From Azolla caroliniana (taxonomy: Eukaryota > Plantae > Polypodiophyta), in the NCBI GenBank assembly GCA_043228905.1, contig JBHGNT010000002.1, forward strand, positions 20,522,001-20,586,000: a stretch of 64,000 nucleotides of DNA, in the 5' to 3' direction. Shown here piece after piece: positions 1-12,838 of the stretch (its first letter is position 1; each line of letters opens with the position of its first letter). Below the pieces are notes generated by a model, which was not told the DNA's origin, did no database searches, and was given only the letters and a program-made list of their open reading frames with translations. A program made the translations under genes and the position numbers.

Positions 1-83
1 CGCCACTTAAATTGTTTGCAAGCAAAAGGTTGGCTTGAACAATATTGAAAAGTGTGACTATCAGTAATATACATCAACTTTAT

Positions 84-155
84 TATGGTTGCTAGGATTT
101 GAGCCCAAGTCTACACAATGACAACATGGAATTCTAACCACTAAATCACATCCAA
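84..155 (-). pseudogene. Decayed tRNA-His-like copy
   Basis: TGGTTGCTAGGATTTGAGCCCAAGTCT...ACAACATGGAATTCTAACCACTAAA, homologous to 1139-1210; anticodon region mutated. Confidence 0.6.
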
Positions 156-581
156 TACATTGTATTCAAATTTTCAAATGCATTAATTCAATGATTCAAA
201 TTCTAGTCATAGTCAAATCACAAGAGAAACTCATTTCAAGAAAACTCTTGATTCTCTTGACAATAAACATATGCACCACTTTTTAACTTTTGTTTGCAAT
301 ATAAATGTTCGTTTGAACAACAATGAAAAGTGTCACTATAATCAAGGGTGACATCCAAGAAAGTGTGAACAAAATGACAAAGTTGATCTTAGAAAGTGTC
401 ATTCATTTATTGATTACATGTTTTCAGATGATATGATAACAACACCTGATTACAAATAAAATTAGAAGGCAACTGCAAATGTTTTGTTGGAATAGTGATT
501 GGCCTTTTACGCAACTTAATGATTGCTTCCACATATGCACATGCCACATAGGAAGTTCATCCATATATGATCAACTTTTTT

Positions 582-652
582 TGCAAATATTGGGAGTTAA
601 GCCCATGTACCCAAGGCCAAGTGTTCGACTTTAACCACTAAACTACAACAAC
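582..652 (-). pseudogene. Decayed tRNA-His-like copy
   Basis: TGGGAGTTAAGCCCATG...TTAACCACTAAACTACAAC, homologous to the other copies but more diverged. Confidence 0.5.
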
Positions 653-1138
653 TACTATATTCAAAAAATTTAATGTAAAGCAAGTTTCGATGGCTACAAA
701 TGAGGAAATGTAACCAATAAACAACTATTGTGAATGACCAATGTACATTGATTCCACATCCTTTGACTAAGTCATTGTCTAATTACATGAGAAACTCGTT
801 TCGAGAAAATCCTTGAATTCCAACTAGAATAAACTCTTCCACCACTTATAATTTTTGTTTTCCAGCAAGAGGTTGGCTTGAACAATGGTGAATTTCGCAA
901 CTCTTAACAAGAATAATCCAAGAACACAACGAAAAAATGAATGTTGATTCCAAAAAGTGTCATTTATTTTTTGTTGAAGAATTACAATTGAATAAATTTA
1001 TAACAACCCCTTGTTTCAAATAAAATAAAAAGAGAAACACAAATGTTGTATTGAAATAATCAATAGCTTCCTCCTAAACCTAATCTTGTATTCACATCTA
1101 TACTTCATAGGAAGTTCATCGACGCACACCAATTTTGT

Positions 1139-1210
1139 TGCGGTTGTAGGAATTCAACTCCAAGTCTCCATGGCCACAACATGGAATTCTAGCCATTAAA
1201 CTACAACTAT
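1139..1210 (-). pseudogene. tRNA-His(GTG) pseudogene, best-preserved copy of the array
   Basis: The reverse complement aligns without gaps (~55/72 identities) to the plant cytosolic tRNA-His sequence as I recall it. The anticodon loop TTGTGGC is retained and most differences are C>T/G>A transitions. Confidence 0.7.
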
Positions 1211-2138
1211 TGGGATATAAAGTTTCAAAATATAGAACGACTATTCCACTCGACATCGTCGGATCACTAATGCTGACTTTCTAGCAATATACCATCAAAG
1301 AAACTAGAACTGATATAATGAACCATTTGCAATTTTACATTACAAAAGAGTTTATACTTGCACATGCTTGGCTTAATCTTTGAGACAATCATATGACTAT
1401 TTGTAGGATCGATTAGGTAGCTATCCTTCCTTCTACATGCAACCCAAAACCCTTCATTATCCATGAAACCCAAAAGAGGGTCAAGTGCTTTGAATATGTT
1501 ACATTGCATCGTTAAATGACAATGCACGTTGTTTTGCATGGAGCAATCCGTGGCTAAGATGGAATGACGGAATGTTACAATTCAATCTCAAGGAGATGGC
1601 TCTTGTCGGGGCAAAGATCATGTGAGTTTTATCTAACATGCAAGAGTACAACACCCTTTGTAAAATATTGTAACACCATGTTTGGATATCTCCAATATGG
1701 AATTCTAACCAATAAACAAATACTCATGATTTCTCCATACATCAATCCATAAAAAGTTGAAGAATGAATGGGCATTGTATGTTTAATCCATGTCTCCATG
1801 TCTAGTCATAGTCTCATGAGAAGATAAATTCATTTCGAGAAACCCTTGAACTCCCTTGACAATAAACTCATGCACCACTTCTAAATTTTTGTTTGGAGGC
1901 GAGAGGTTAGTTCGAACAAAATAATGAAAAAGTGTGATTATAGACGATGACAAAATGACATGGTTGATCCCGACAAGTGACGTTCATTCATTGTTGAAAA
2001 GTGGTCGAAAAACATTATTAACACTCACATTAAATAAAAATCAAAGATAAACACAATTATTTTGTAATATCAATTGCTTTTGTTGAAGCGAATGTTTGCA
2101 TGAACACATGCATAAATTGCATTTATATTTAAACTTTT

Positions 2139-2209
2139 TGTGGTTGCTAGGATTTAAGCCCAAGTTTTCATGGGCACAATGTGGAAACTAAACACTAAAC
2201 GATAACCAC
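2139..2209 (-). pseudogene. Decayed tRNA-His-like copy
   Basis: TGTGGTTGCTAGGATTTAAGCCCAAG...GGGCACAATGTGGAAAC...CACTAAAC, homologous to the other copies. Confidence 0.6.
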
Positions 2210-3530
2210 TTGTATATTTAATGTTTGGTAGGAATAATTTGAGAAAGATAGAAATTTAATTGATGGTTACTATAGAGGGTCCTTTTGATCCTAGAAAATG
2301 GTTAGAAGCACTTGCTGCAAAAAGGTATTGGGCCAAGACAACGATAATATTGGTAAAACATGCTCAACGAATCGTTTCTTTATTGTTTTTGGTATTCATA
2401 TCAACTTGCCTTGAATGGAAATGAAAATGTCTTGAACGATAATTATCAAACAGTTAAAGATGTAATCTATTGTTTGGTCTTATGTCTCGTTTAATATGTC
2501 ATCACAATTGTACAGTAACTTCTTTCATGTCGAACCGATACCTCAACCATATGAATTAATGGTAGAGCCTCAAAAAACTCGAAAACTCTCAAATAAGGGT
2601 GCTAATAGTAGCTAAGACCATGTCTCAATTGCCATGATGTATAATCTTGACAAATAAACAACCATGACAAAGACTCGTTTTGAATTCCAATCATTCATTC
2701 CACTATTTACAAAAAGTCTCGCATCGTTAACATATAACAATTTCCTAACCATTCAATAACAGGTTAAAGGAGCACTAAAGGACTCTACACATCTTTAATA
2801 CATGATTAATTGAACTAATGACTTGACAATAAACCATGTACTTACGAAAGAAATCGTCATATCTTCAATACATAGTTAGTTTATTTGATAGAACCATTAA
2901 GAGCTTGATGATCAAGCTCATAAGTGCTAGAAAAATCTTTGCAACATCAACACAACATTGTTGCTCCAATTCAGTGCACAAAGTACATCAACAATCAAGT
3001 TGGCCAGACATGAAGCAAACCAATGATGTTCTCCCATGAACTATTCTTCCTTTTCTTTTCAATTAAATGACTAATTTACACTCAAATACATACACATACA
3101 TTGAAAGGCACTCATATGGACCAAACATAGTAAGACATTCACGTCGAAAAAGACGGGCCCTGAAATGAATTATCAGACCATGCATGCTTGACTTATCCAA
3201 ACACGGAAAACATACACAAATACATAATAGATGGACCAAACACCTAAAGGCATTAATATGGACAAGGCACTTAAAAAGAGATGCTCAGGTAGGCGAGTCA
3301 CCCAAAAGGCTCGTATAAGCGAGGGCGGACACCTAAAAGAGGCACTCATCTAGATAGGAGACCCGGAAGAGTTACGGTGGCGAGACTTACTCGAGCGGAC
3401 AAGATGAGATCGGTCGGGAGGGATGCCGAAAGGCTTTACGAGAGACTCTGGGAGAGAGGAGAAGTGTGTGCATCAAGTTATGCCTTCTATTTATTGACTT
3501 GCCTAAACAAAATGACCTCCCATGGCTATC

Positions 3531-3788
3531 TACATACATACATACATACATACCTAGATACTGATACATACATACATACATACATACATACATACATACA
3601 TACATACATACATACATACATACATACATACATACATACATACATACAACATACATACATACATACATACATACATACATACATACAACATACATACATA
3701 CATACATACATACATACATACATACATACATACATACATACATACATACATACATACATACATACATACATACATACATACATACATA
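3531..3788. repeat. (TACA)n microsatellite, ~250 bp with a few interruptions
   Basis: Seen directly; it explains the YIHT/CMYV repeat ORFs. Confidence 0.98.
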
Positions 3789-4507
3789 ACACATTTAACA
3801 CATCTAAATGCTGTTCTTCTTCTTCATCATCATCATCATCATCACCAAGAGTTGCGAGCTCTGCTCTCTGTTCCTCTCTCTTCTTGACAGGAAGAACCAA
3901 CGCCAACCAAGAAGAAGAAGAAGAAGCCCTGTTTCCGCCATAAATCAGACCTTCTCCGATTTTACAGTCACAATACAGTCCTGCACCCCCCCCCCCCTTC
4001 TGTAAGAGAATGGATCAGAATGTACACGAAAAGGGTACCCAGATGAGTTCATGATTCCTTCTTCTTCTGTTTTTCTTCTTTTGCAACTCTGTATTATGCG
4101 TTAAAGGTTTAATTTCTGGGAGTTTTAAATCAGAACACTGCCTCTGACCCAGAGATGTCGACCTTCTCTTTGTAAGCTTCTTTTTTATATAATTACTCTG
4201 CGGGTCCCACTGAATGTAGTTTGGAATTTGGTGGGAATATAGTGAGAATCTAGTCGTGGCTGTAGTTGAGAATATGGCGTAAATGTAGTGTGAATATAGC
4301 TGGAGATCTAAGTACCATTCTAGTTAGAATATGATGTTGATATAGATGGAGAAGAGTGGGAATCTGGGTGGAAAATAGTTGGAATCTAGCTAGAACCTAG
4401 TTGGAATGCAAGTGGAATCTTGTGTAAATATAGTTGGAACCCAAGTGGGAAACTTGTAAGGAAAATAGTGGGAACCATTGTTGCGGAAAGGCAGAGAGGT
4501 ATACAAC

Positions 4508-7500
4508 ATGTTAAAACAGATACTAAGCAAGATTCCGCGCAACAAGTTGTCGTCGAAATCTGAAGGACACAACAACCAAGGAGGGAGAGGGGATGTTAAC
4601 CATTCAGTGCCTTTGTCTGGGCCGGGTGCTAAGAACCCTAATTCCGGATCTATACCCATGGTGCAAGGTAGGTTTCCTAGTGGAGTAAAAACTGCCCCTT
4701 TCCCCATTGGGGGTTACAACGACTTCGTTGAACCTTTGCCTTCATTTCGGGATGTGCCTAATTCAGAAAAACAGAATTTGTTCATACGAAAGCTTGTGTT
4801 GTGCTGTACCGTGTTTGACTTCTCTGACACCACTAAGAATACGAGAGAGAAAGAGATCAAAAGGCAAACCCTGATCGAGCTCGTTGACTTTGTGAGCTCT
4901 TCGACAAGTAAATTCTCAGAGCTCGCTATAGAAGAGATTGTTCGCATGGTCTCAGCGAACATCTTCCGTGCGCTGCCTCCTTCCACACATGAAATTGTGG
5001 CTGTTGATCTGTTTGACCCCGACGAAGATGAGCCATCGATGGAGCCTGCTTGGTCACATCTCCAATTGATTTATGACCTTTTCCTTCGTTTTATCACGTC
5101 AACAGAGATGGATGCAAAGGTCGTCAAACGGTATGTTGACCATTCATTTATACTTAAACTAATTGATCTATTTGAATCGGAGGATTCAAGAGAGAGGGAG
5201 TGTTTGAAAACTATCCTTCATCGAATTTATGGCAAATTCATGGTACATCGGCCTTTCATCCGGAAATCAATTAATAATGTTCTTTACCGATTTATCTTCG
5301 AGACTGAACGGCACAATGGCATTGCAGAGCTCTTGGAAATACTGGGTAGTATCATTAATGGGTTTGCCTTACCTCTGAAGGAAGAGCATAAACTATTCCT
5401 TGTTCGTGTGTTGATACCACTTCATAAACCGAAATGTGTCTCTTTCTATCATAGGCAGTTGACATACTGCATCACTCAGTTTGTAGAGAAAGAGATGAAG
5501 CTGGCCGATACTGTGATTAGAGGATTGTTGAGATATTGGCCACTTACTAATAGTCAGAAGGAGGTATTGTTTCTCGGAGAGCTCGAGGAAGTACTAGAAG
5601 CAACGCAACCAGCGGAGTTCCAGCGGTGCATGCTTCCACTTTTCCGGCAGATTGGAAAATGTATCAGCAGCGCAAATTTCCAGGTAAATTCGATTGCTCA
5701 ATATGTAGATCCTAAGATTATTGTGATGACATTACGTACATGCTCAACATGTATATCCTAGGATGATTGTGTTCCTACAAACATACATACAGGCAGACAT
5801 GCATGCATACCTACCTACCTACAGAGACACATGTGTGTATGAGGTATATATGCATGTCTGTCTGTATATATATGTGTATGACATGTATTTTTCTTAGCAT
5901 TGGGATATAAAAATCCTAAACTGTCATTCAATTCTAGTCTCACATACACTTAACCAGTATGATAAAAAGGAGGGAGAATCAGTGTTTAAATAGTAAGCTC
6001 TACCTTCTACACATAAAAGAGAGTTTTTTTATTGGTCAATATGCTTTTAAAAGCCGAAATATTGATTGAAATCTAAGTTTTTTGGAAGTTTACTGGCTTT
6101 ATGAGGATATAAGCTGCTAAAATTGCTTAAATTTTTATAAAATCTCTGTTTTTTGGAAGTTTACTGGGTTTTTACAGAGGCTATCTCCCTTCCCTTATCT
6201 CCTCTGTCTCATTTTCCTTGGGATTTTTAAGCATTTCCCTTTATTTTCTTCTGGAAACATTGAATATGGTCTATGCTGAAGTTATTACATTCAAATCAAT
6301 ATGCATTAAGTTATGGCTTTAGACTCACATTTTTGCATTCTGCAGGACCCTGCGGCTGTTTTTCATAGTGCATTGTTTCCGATTCCAAAAAAGTGATTCA
6401 GAATATGCCATTTGTATTGTATGTATATGTGTGAATACTTTCCTTAGCATTCCCTTTACAGGAAACAATATATTATTTATGAAAGCCTAGTTTTGGAAAG
6501 CTTTACAATTAAGAAGAATAAGCTCATATTTTAATTCACATTTAATGCTTCTATTTGAATGAATCATTTTTACATGTCCAATATTGATAGCTTATTGATT
6601 ATGTATAGATTATGAGCTCAATTATTTACATTATTGCCTACATGCTTATACTTGAAGGTATACATGTTTTTGAGAGGCTATATTTCTTTATGACTGAGTT
6701 TACTCATCCTGTTATGGAAAAGTATTAGAATATTGATGCAGTGATTCAAAAAGTTCCACAACTTAGAACGATGGCCTGCATTTTGCAATCTGTTACCACA
6801 ATCCAGTTAACACAAATAAACTTCGCTAGTCGAACGGGTCTGACTTACAGGACAAATGGTGGAATTAGATTAGCGGTAAAATAGTTGTCTTCGTAATGGA
6901 TATGGCCATATGCTATAAGAAGTCTTGTATTCTAAGTACTAGGTCTACTCATAATAGGTGTTTTCTGATCAGTGAGTGTTACTAACTACCCCTAGTTACG
7001 CTCTTGTAATTGAATGCCAGACTCAAGATCAGTGGGTGGATAGTTGTATAACTGATCCATATATTGATGTGATTATGGATGTATCTCTTTTAATATCAAG
7101 TGAGTTTAATTAATCTCAAGCGACTAGTGAGTGTCTGCTAAGAGATTCAGCAACCAAATGTAGGACATTAATGTGACGGTTCTCTGGAAGCCTGTCAGAA
7201 CTAACAAAACTTTGGCCACAAGGGTTAGCTGCAACATTGCCCTTTTTGCAACGACTACCCTGTATTTTCTGAATTCTCATCAGAGGGGTGATCTTCGTGC
7301 TCAATCTAAACATTGCAGGCAAATTTGCAATGGAGGATTGCAAAGAGGACAGGTTTTCAGCTCCTCTCCTAATTCCTGAATCAGAAAGAGAAAATCCATA
7401 AAGAGTGAGAAGATTTAAACAAAGCAAGGTATGCATGGTTGATGGCGATCTAATAAACGACCTTACTGAGATGAATAGTCAAGATAGTAGACAAAAGCAG

Positions 7501-10500
7501 TATAAGGAAATACAACCTGATCCTGATGCCATAGAGAGCACTGACGGAAAGATGGCTTGCATGCCGCCACTGATGAAAGTGACGTAGGGAAAGGCACATG
7601 ATAAAACCATATTTCAAGGGCATTGAGAACAGCATGATAAAAAAAAAACAAATGGGATGTATGAATTGTTGGGCCTTATAATATAGCAAACATGTCAACA
7701 GACAAAGAGAAAGAGAGGAAACATTTGGGTAGCTGAATTTTTATTAGACTGACTGACATTAATAAAAGTCTGCTGAACAAAAAGACTATTGTGACACAAG
7801 AATCTATTTAAACCCGTTTCCACTTTCACAAGTGAATCTGGATTTTCTAAATGAGAAAAAGAGGAGAATGCTCTATGAATTGGCACCAACAAATTCATCA
7901 ATGGCAGAACGAGAAATGGCTATGCTAACATGGAGACAGTGTTTGTGGAATACCTCTATAAAGTGGTGCCAAGGTGAAGAGAGCTAAAATCAAAGGGAGT
8001 GGAATAAGGCCATTGAAGTAATGAAGGCTGAGGATGACAACTCAAATCATACGATTAAAAAATTGATAAGTTGCATGCGTATTGGAGGTAGAGTTTCAGA
8101 ATTTTTCACCAGCACTATTAATGTTAAGCACGGAGGTGTGCTCTCACCAAATGTGTTTGGTTTTTGCAGTGAATTAGAACAAATTATTGATGAGATTGTA
8201 TAAGAAGAAGGAATTGAAGAGATCGTAATTGGCAATGTACTCATGTGTTGCTCAATTGATGTGGTTCTTTTATCAAATACTTTTGAAGATCCACAAAAGC
8301 TTATGGATTGACTTGGAAAACCTTTGCATGTAAAGTGGGTACCAATTGTGCCAAAACAAAGGTTATGCTAGTGAAAAGTCTCTATAAGGATAAAACCATA
8401 CATTGCGTATGGCATTGTATCTTGGCCTTGAGACTCGCTCCTATCATAAATGGAATGAGCGAGTTACTTAAAATTGTACCTTGGGCTTGAACCACTTAAA
8501 ATGTTTGGTAGATTAAATACTTGTCCTTGAGATTCTCTTCAATCATAGATGGAATGAATCCTCTACTTGACATTCGATAGCAGGAAAGAGGCCTAATTAT
8601 GCATTTGAGAGCATATGCAATGGAAGAGAAATCAAATGCTGGGTTTCTCAAGAAATACCTGTTTTGTCACTTTGATGACATTAATGCTTCTGGGTGGGGT
8701 TAAAGTATGGGATGTTGGCATCTCTAAGTTCATTTGAAAAGATTTGGAAAGTGTCCATAATTGTTTTCTTACGAAGTTTCTTCAAGTCAAGATACAAAAG
8801 TCTCACACGCTCCTACTTCTTGAGGATGAGTCACTTCCCATTGAGCTTATGGGCATGGAGAGGGTTGTGGACTATATGCTTAAGATTCAAAAAATCACAC
8901 ACGTTATCTTCTTAGAATTGCTTGGAAAACAATAAAAAAGTTCTCCATGGGGTTGAAGTATGGGATGCTAACATCTCAAAGGCACTTGAAAAGGTTTGGA
9001 AAGTATCCAAAAGCATTTCTTTATGAAGTAAGTTTCATAAAGTCAAGATACAAAAGCCATACATGCTCCTACTTCTTTAGAATGAGTCACTTCTCATTGA
9101 GATTATAGGCATGGAGAGGGTTGTGAAGTGTATGCTTAAGATTCAAAAAGTTGTTTGACTTCAATTCGATAATAAGTTCCATAGACAGGAGGCAACACAT
9201 TGTGTTTCGAATTTTTGCAAGATATGCAAAAACGGTAAGATCATTTGTATTGCTTGTTTCTAGGACAAGAAAGTAAAAGAGCATGAACAATGTTTAATGA
9301 GAGGCAACCTACTACACAAGTGACCTCAGCTCAGGTGTGGCATGAATATGCAAAGGTCCTATACGATATCTTGAGGCAGCCTCAACCTCCCATCTCACAT
9401 GGCTCATGCCCACATGAATCCACCCTTTTTAATGTAAGAAATGCCATTGATCGGTTACAATTTCGGAAGGCTCAGGATCATGATGGATGTTGGTGAGCAC
9501 TTTATCTATGGCCCGCGACATCTTGCTGCCATTGCTAGCACACATCTTTAATAGAGCCATGTGTGTGAAGGTTTCCCTACTAGACGGATAGAACATACCA
9601 TTTTCTCAATCCTCAAGAGTGGAGACCTTAGGATGCCAAGTAACTATAGGACAATCATGATTGGCCATTACTGGGCTAAACTATATGGCTCAATCCTAGA
9701 GTCAGAATTGAGTATATGGGTAGAGCAAAATCTGTCATTCGGCTGGACAGGCAAGCTTTCTGAAGGGTTCGCAACTTTGGATCACATATTGACCCTCCGA
9801 GCCCTTATTGAGGAGGCCTGAGCCAATAATAAGAGGATTATTGCTGCTTTGTGGGTTTCCGAAAATCCTTTGACATTGTGCCGTGTGCTTGGTTTATGCG
9901 ACGGCTAGAAGCCCTTGGGTATCCCTACAAATATGCAATGGAGAATCTATGCACAGTAGGAATCCATGTTAGGAAAAGTGTGGTCTCCCAATAGTTTGTC
10001 AGAGGCGGTGGTTAGCACAATCAAAGTGAACCAAGGATGCCCACTATCGTCCACTCTCTTCGGTCTCTATATAGATGAGATACCACATTACATAGAGAGA
10101 TTTAGGAGTTTGGGAGTATGCCTAGCAGGTATAGCTATACAAATATTACTATATGCTGATGATATTGTGCTGATTTTTGACTCTCCAAAGTGACTACAAA
10201 GACATTTAAATGCCTTCAAACTATTTTGTACGGATATGCCGCCCTTGGTGCTCTTGAAAGACAATGTCCACATTTGCAGTTCCAAGAGCTACGAACTAAA
10301 CTGTGGCTATTTGATACACCAACTCTTCTCTATGGAGTAGAAACGTGGGGACTAAGTCTTAACAGGGCAAATTACTGGAAAGATTTAGAGAGATCTTCAG
10401 TGTTAATGATTGCTTGCATAAAAAGGAACAAAACATCAATACCCCATGATATAATTCGAGCAGAGATGGGAGCAGCCCCTACAATCACCGAGCCATTATT

Positions 10501-12838
10501 CTGATCAATGACTTGTATCCAATGTCTTTGGGAGCTCCCTAAGGGAAGGTACTCAAGGTTGGCACCTATGTCAGCACGACAATTGGCTGAACATGGAGAC
10601 ATTCATTGTTGGTATGCTGAAATGCAGCAATGGTTCAAGGTACATGGCATAAACATAAATGCACCACCCTTGTTCCAATATAGCTTGGATTGTCCTCATC
10701 TAAACATGACCAAAGTGGAAAAGAATAGAGTGATCCAAACTGATATTATTAACTTGGAAAACAAGATAACATGGATCAGCCCTAAAATATCACTTGGTAC
10801 GAAGATGACACACTACAAGACACTTTTTACACACATTGGAGTATGGATTCATCATCAAGCCATCTTATATGGATGTACATCTATCCTATGCATTGCGCAG
10901 TGTGATAGGGCAGCCGCAAACTTTTAGTACGAATTGCCAATTGTGTCATCAAGGAGTGGAATCTGAAGAACACTATGTTTTGTTATTCTAGTGTCTTTTA
11001 TGAAATAGTAGGGTGATACCATTGCGCCTTTAAGCAAGGCTTTGGCCCACTATGCCAGGTAATGGAATATGAGTACCAATGGTGCCTAGGACTTTTCGTG
11101 CTAGAACTCAAGGGACATAGGGGGAAAGTTGTTGAAGTACAACACTACAGCCACACAAGCTCATTCACAAAGGACAATGGCAACTTTCTTTAGCCCCGTG
11201 TCTACTACTAATGTTGCAAGTCAATCAAGGGCTTCACAAATGGGCTCCCGACCAGGACACAACAAAGGGTTTACAATAGATCGGGCAATAGTAATTTGTC
11301 ATGCACGTAGGCCCTGGCCCCATGGACCATGATCTCACCACCTTGTCATTGATAGATAAATGCCATTATCTCTGTACATTATATCTGGCTTGAGAATCTT
11401 ATATGTGCCAGTAAGAAGATTCTTCAATCTCCTTTTATCTTATTTACTTTATGTTTACTTAGTAACATTTATGTTATTTTAATTTGTTTTTCTCAAAGAC
11501 GAGACAACACTTAAGATGTATTCTCTTGTTTGGTCTTATAGGCCATTTTGGCCTCTTAAATGATGTTAAGACATCTTTCTTTTCTCTCTCTTTCTATCTT
11601 GTGCTCCTTTACTCTGTGTTGTGCCTCTTCTGGAAGTGTTTTGTCAGCTAAAGTGAGTCATGTACATGCAAAGGCATACCACTCATATTGGGTTTCAGAT
11701 AAAACTTTGCTATACCAGGAATCATTCTCATGTGGTCTTTGGCATGTTAGAAAGCTTTTGAATGACCCCCACAGCCGCCAATACATTCCCTGAAGGTTTT
11801 TGTGTGTTCTTTAAAGTAGGCTAGCAGGTAGACATTTCTAATGTCTATTTTTGGTGTAGACCAATGATTGCTTAGAAGGTTTATCTCAGTGGTTGGATCA
11901 TCTTGCAAGAGGTACATGCTGATCTGAGACTAGCTGTCAAGAAGCTCAATGCTTAGCTCTTAGTAGAGTCTCACCATTCACTAAGCAAGGTTATTGAGCA
12001 CAAACAATATTTTGAGCGAAAAATAGCAAATAAATACGGATTGCTTCGTGATTAATCTATTAAATATTTTTAGGGCCATTATTATCATTATCACATTATA
12101 ATATACCACACCTTATATATACACTATATGTAAACATTAAATTATTCAGTTCTAATATAAAAGTGAGTTGCAAGGAAACATGTGTAAATAGACTATTTCG
12201 TATCATGAAACGTAGAAGCCCCTGAAAATTATATTTGGTCATGAGGATGTAGGATATAATTACAAGAAAAATGGCCTCATCCAATATTATGTCAAATTAT
12301 TTGGGAGTGAATAATTATCAAGAATTCTTCTTGGTATACATGATTTGTGTTTTTAATCAAGATTTGTAGTGGCAGATAAAATAATTTGTACCTTGCTAAT
12401 CATAGATAAAATCACTAAGCAAGGTTATTGAACACAAATCTTGATAGAAATGTGTAATGATTTTATTTCACCATATGTTGGCATTGTTCACAGGTTGCTG
12501 AGCGTGCTTTATTCTTGTGGAACAATGATCACATCATACATCTCATGACACACAATCTGGAAGTCATTCTACCTCTCGTGTTTCCGGCCCTCGAGACAAA
12601 CACAAGGAATCACTGGAATCAAGCTGTCCATAGTCTAACCCTCAACACAAGAAAATTGCTCATGGAGCTAGATCACGATCTATTTCTAGAATGCAAACGA
12701 AAATTTGACGAAGAGGAAACGAAGAAGAACATGATGCGAGAAAGGAGGGAGCTTATATGGCAACAATTAGATGACCTTGCTTCCACAAGTGTACCATGTA
12801 AATCACCCTCCTTGGTTCTACAGAGTAAAAAGGTATGA
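4508..12838 (+). CDS. PP2A-B': Serine/threonine protein phosphatase 2A regulatory subunit B' (B56 family), ~506 aa
   Basis: Exons 4508-5683 and 12494-12838, with a phase-0 GT..AG intron of 6810 bp at the conserved FQ|VAERAL junction. Motifs: MLKQILSK start, [41 protein letters not shown]. Confidence 0.95.
7930..9150 (+). mobile_element. Highly degenerate RTE/RTEX-like LINE RT fragment in the PP2A intron, with an internal ~200-bp duplication (~8690-8890 / ~8945-9145)
   Basis: [17 protein letters not shown] resembles the GVKQGCPLSP RT motif; many stops and frameshifts. Boundaries are approximate. Confidence 0.6.
9200..11590 (+). mobile_element. 5'-truncated, disrupted RTE/RTEX-like LINE with intact 3' end
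   Basis: [57 protein letters not shown] and a C-terminal CxxC..EEH motif. It ends in a 3' stem-loop AGGCCATTTTGGCCT and a (CT/TTTC)-rich tail. Confidence 0.85.

Larger units (their letters stand above)
1..2260 (-). repeat. Degenerate tandem array (~500-560 bp unit), each unit carrying a decayed tRNA-His-like sequence; probably continues left of the window
   Basis: Recurrent blocks: CACCACTT..TTGAACAA at ~1/275/840/1873, CATAGTC..GAGAAACTC at ~208/772/1806, AAAGTGTCATT at ~393/953/1975. tRNA-like blocks lie at 84, 582, 1139, ~1695 (partial) and 2139. Confidence 0.75.

Noticed and set aside
3377-3943. ORFs of 77-188 aa with YIHT/CMYV repeats
   Set aside because: They are translations of the (TACA)n microsatellite.
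4478-5761. 427-aa ORF as the complete PP2A B' protein
   Set aside because: It starts at a TTG and runs into the intron. The real start is ATG 4508 and the C-terminus is in the exon at 12494.
7116-7700. Cluster of short ORFs in the PP2A intron (possible nested gene or captured fragment)
   Set aside because: No recognisable motif, consistent frame or splice structure.
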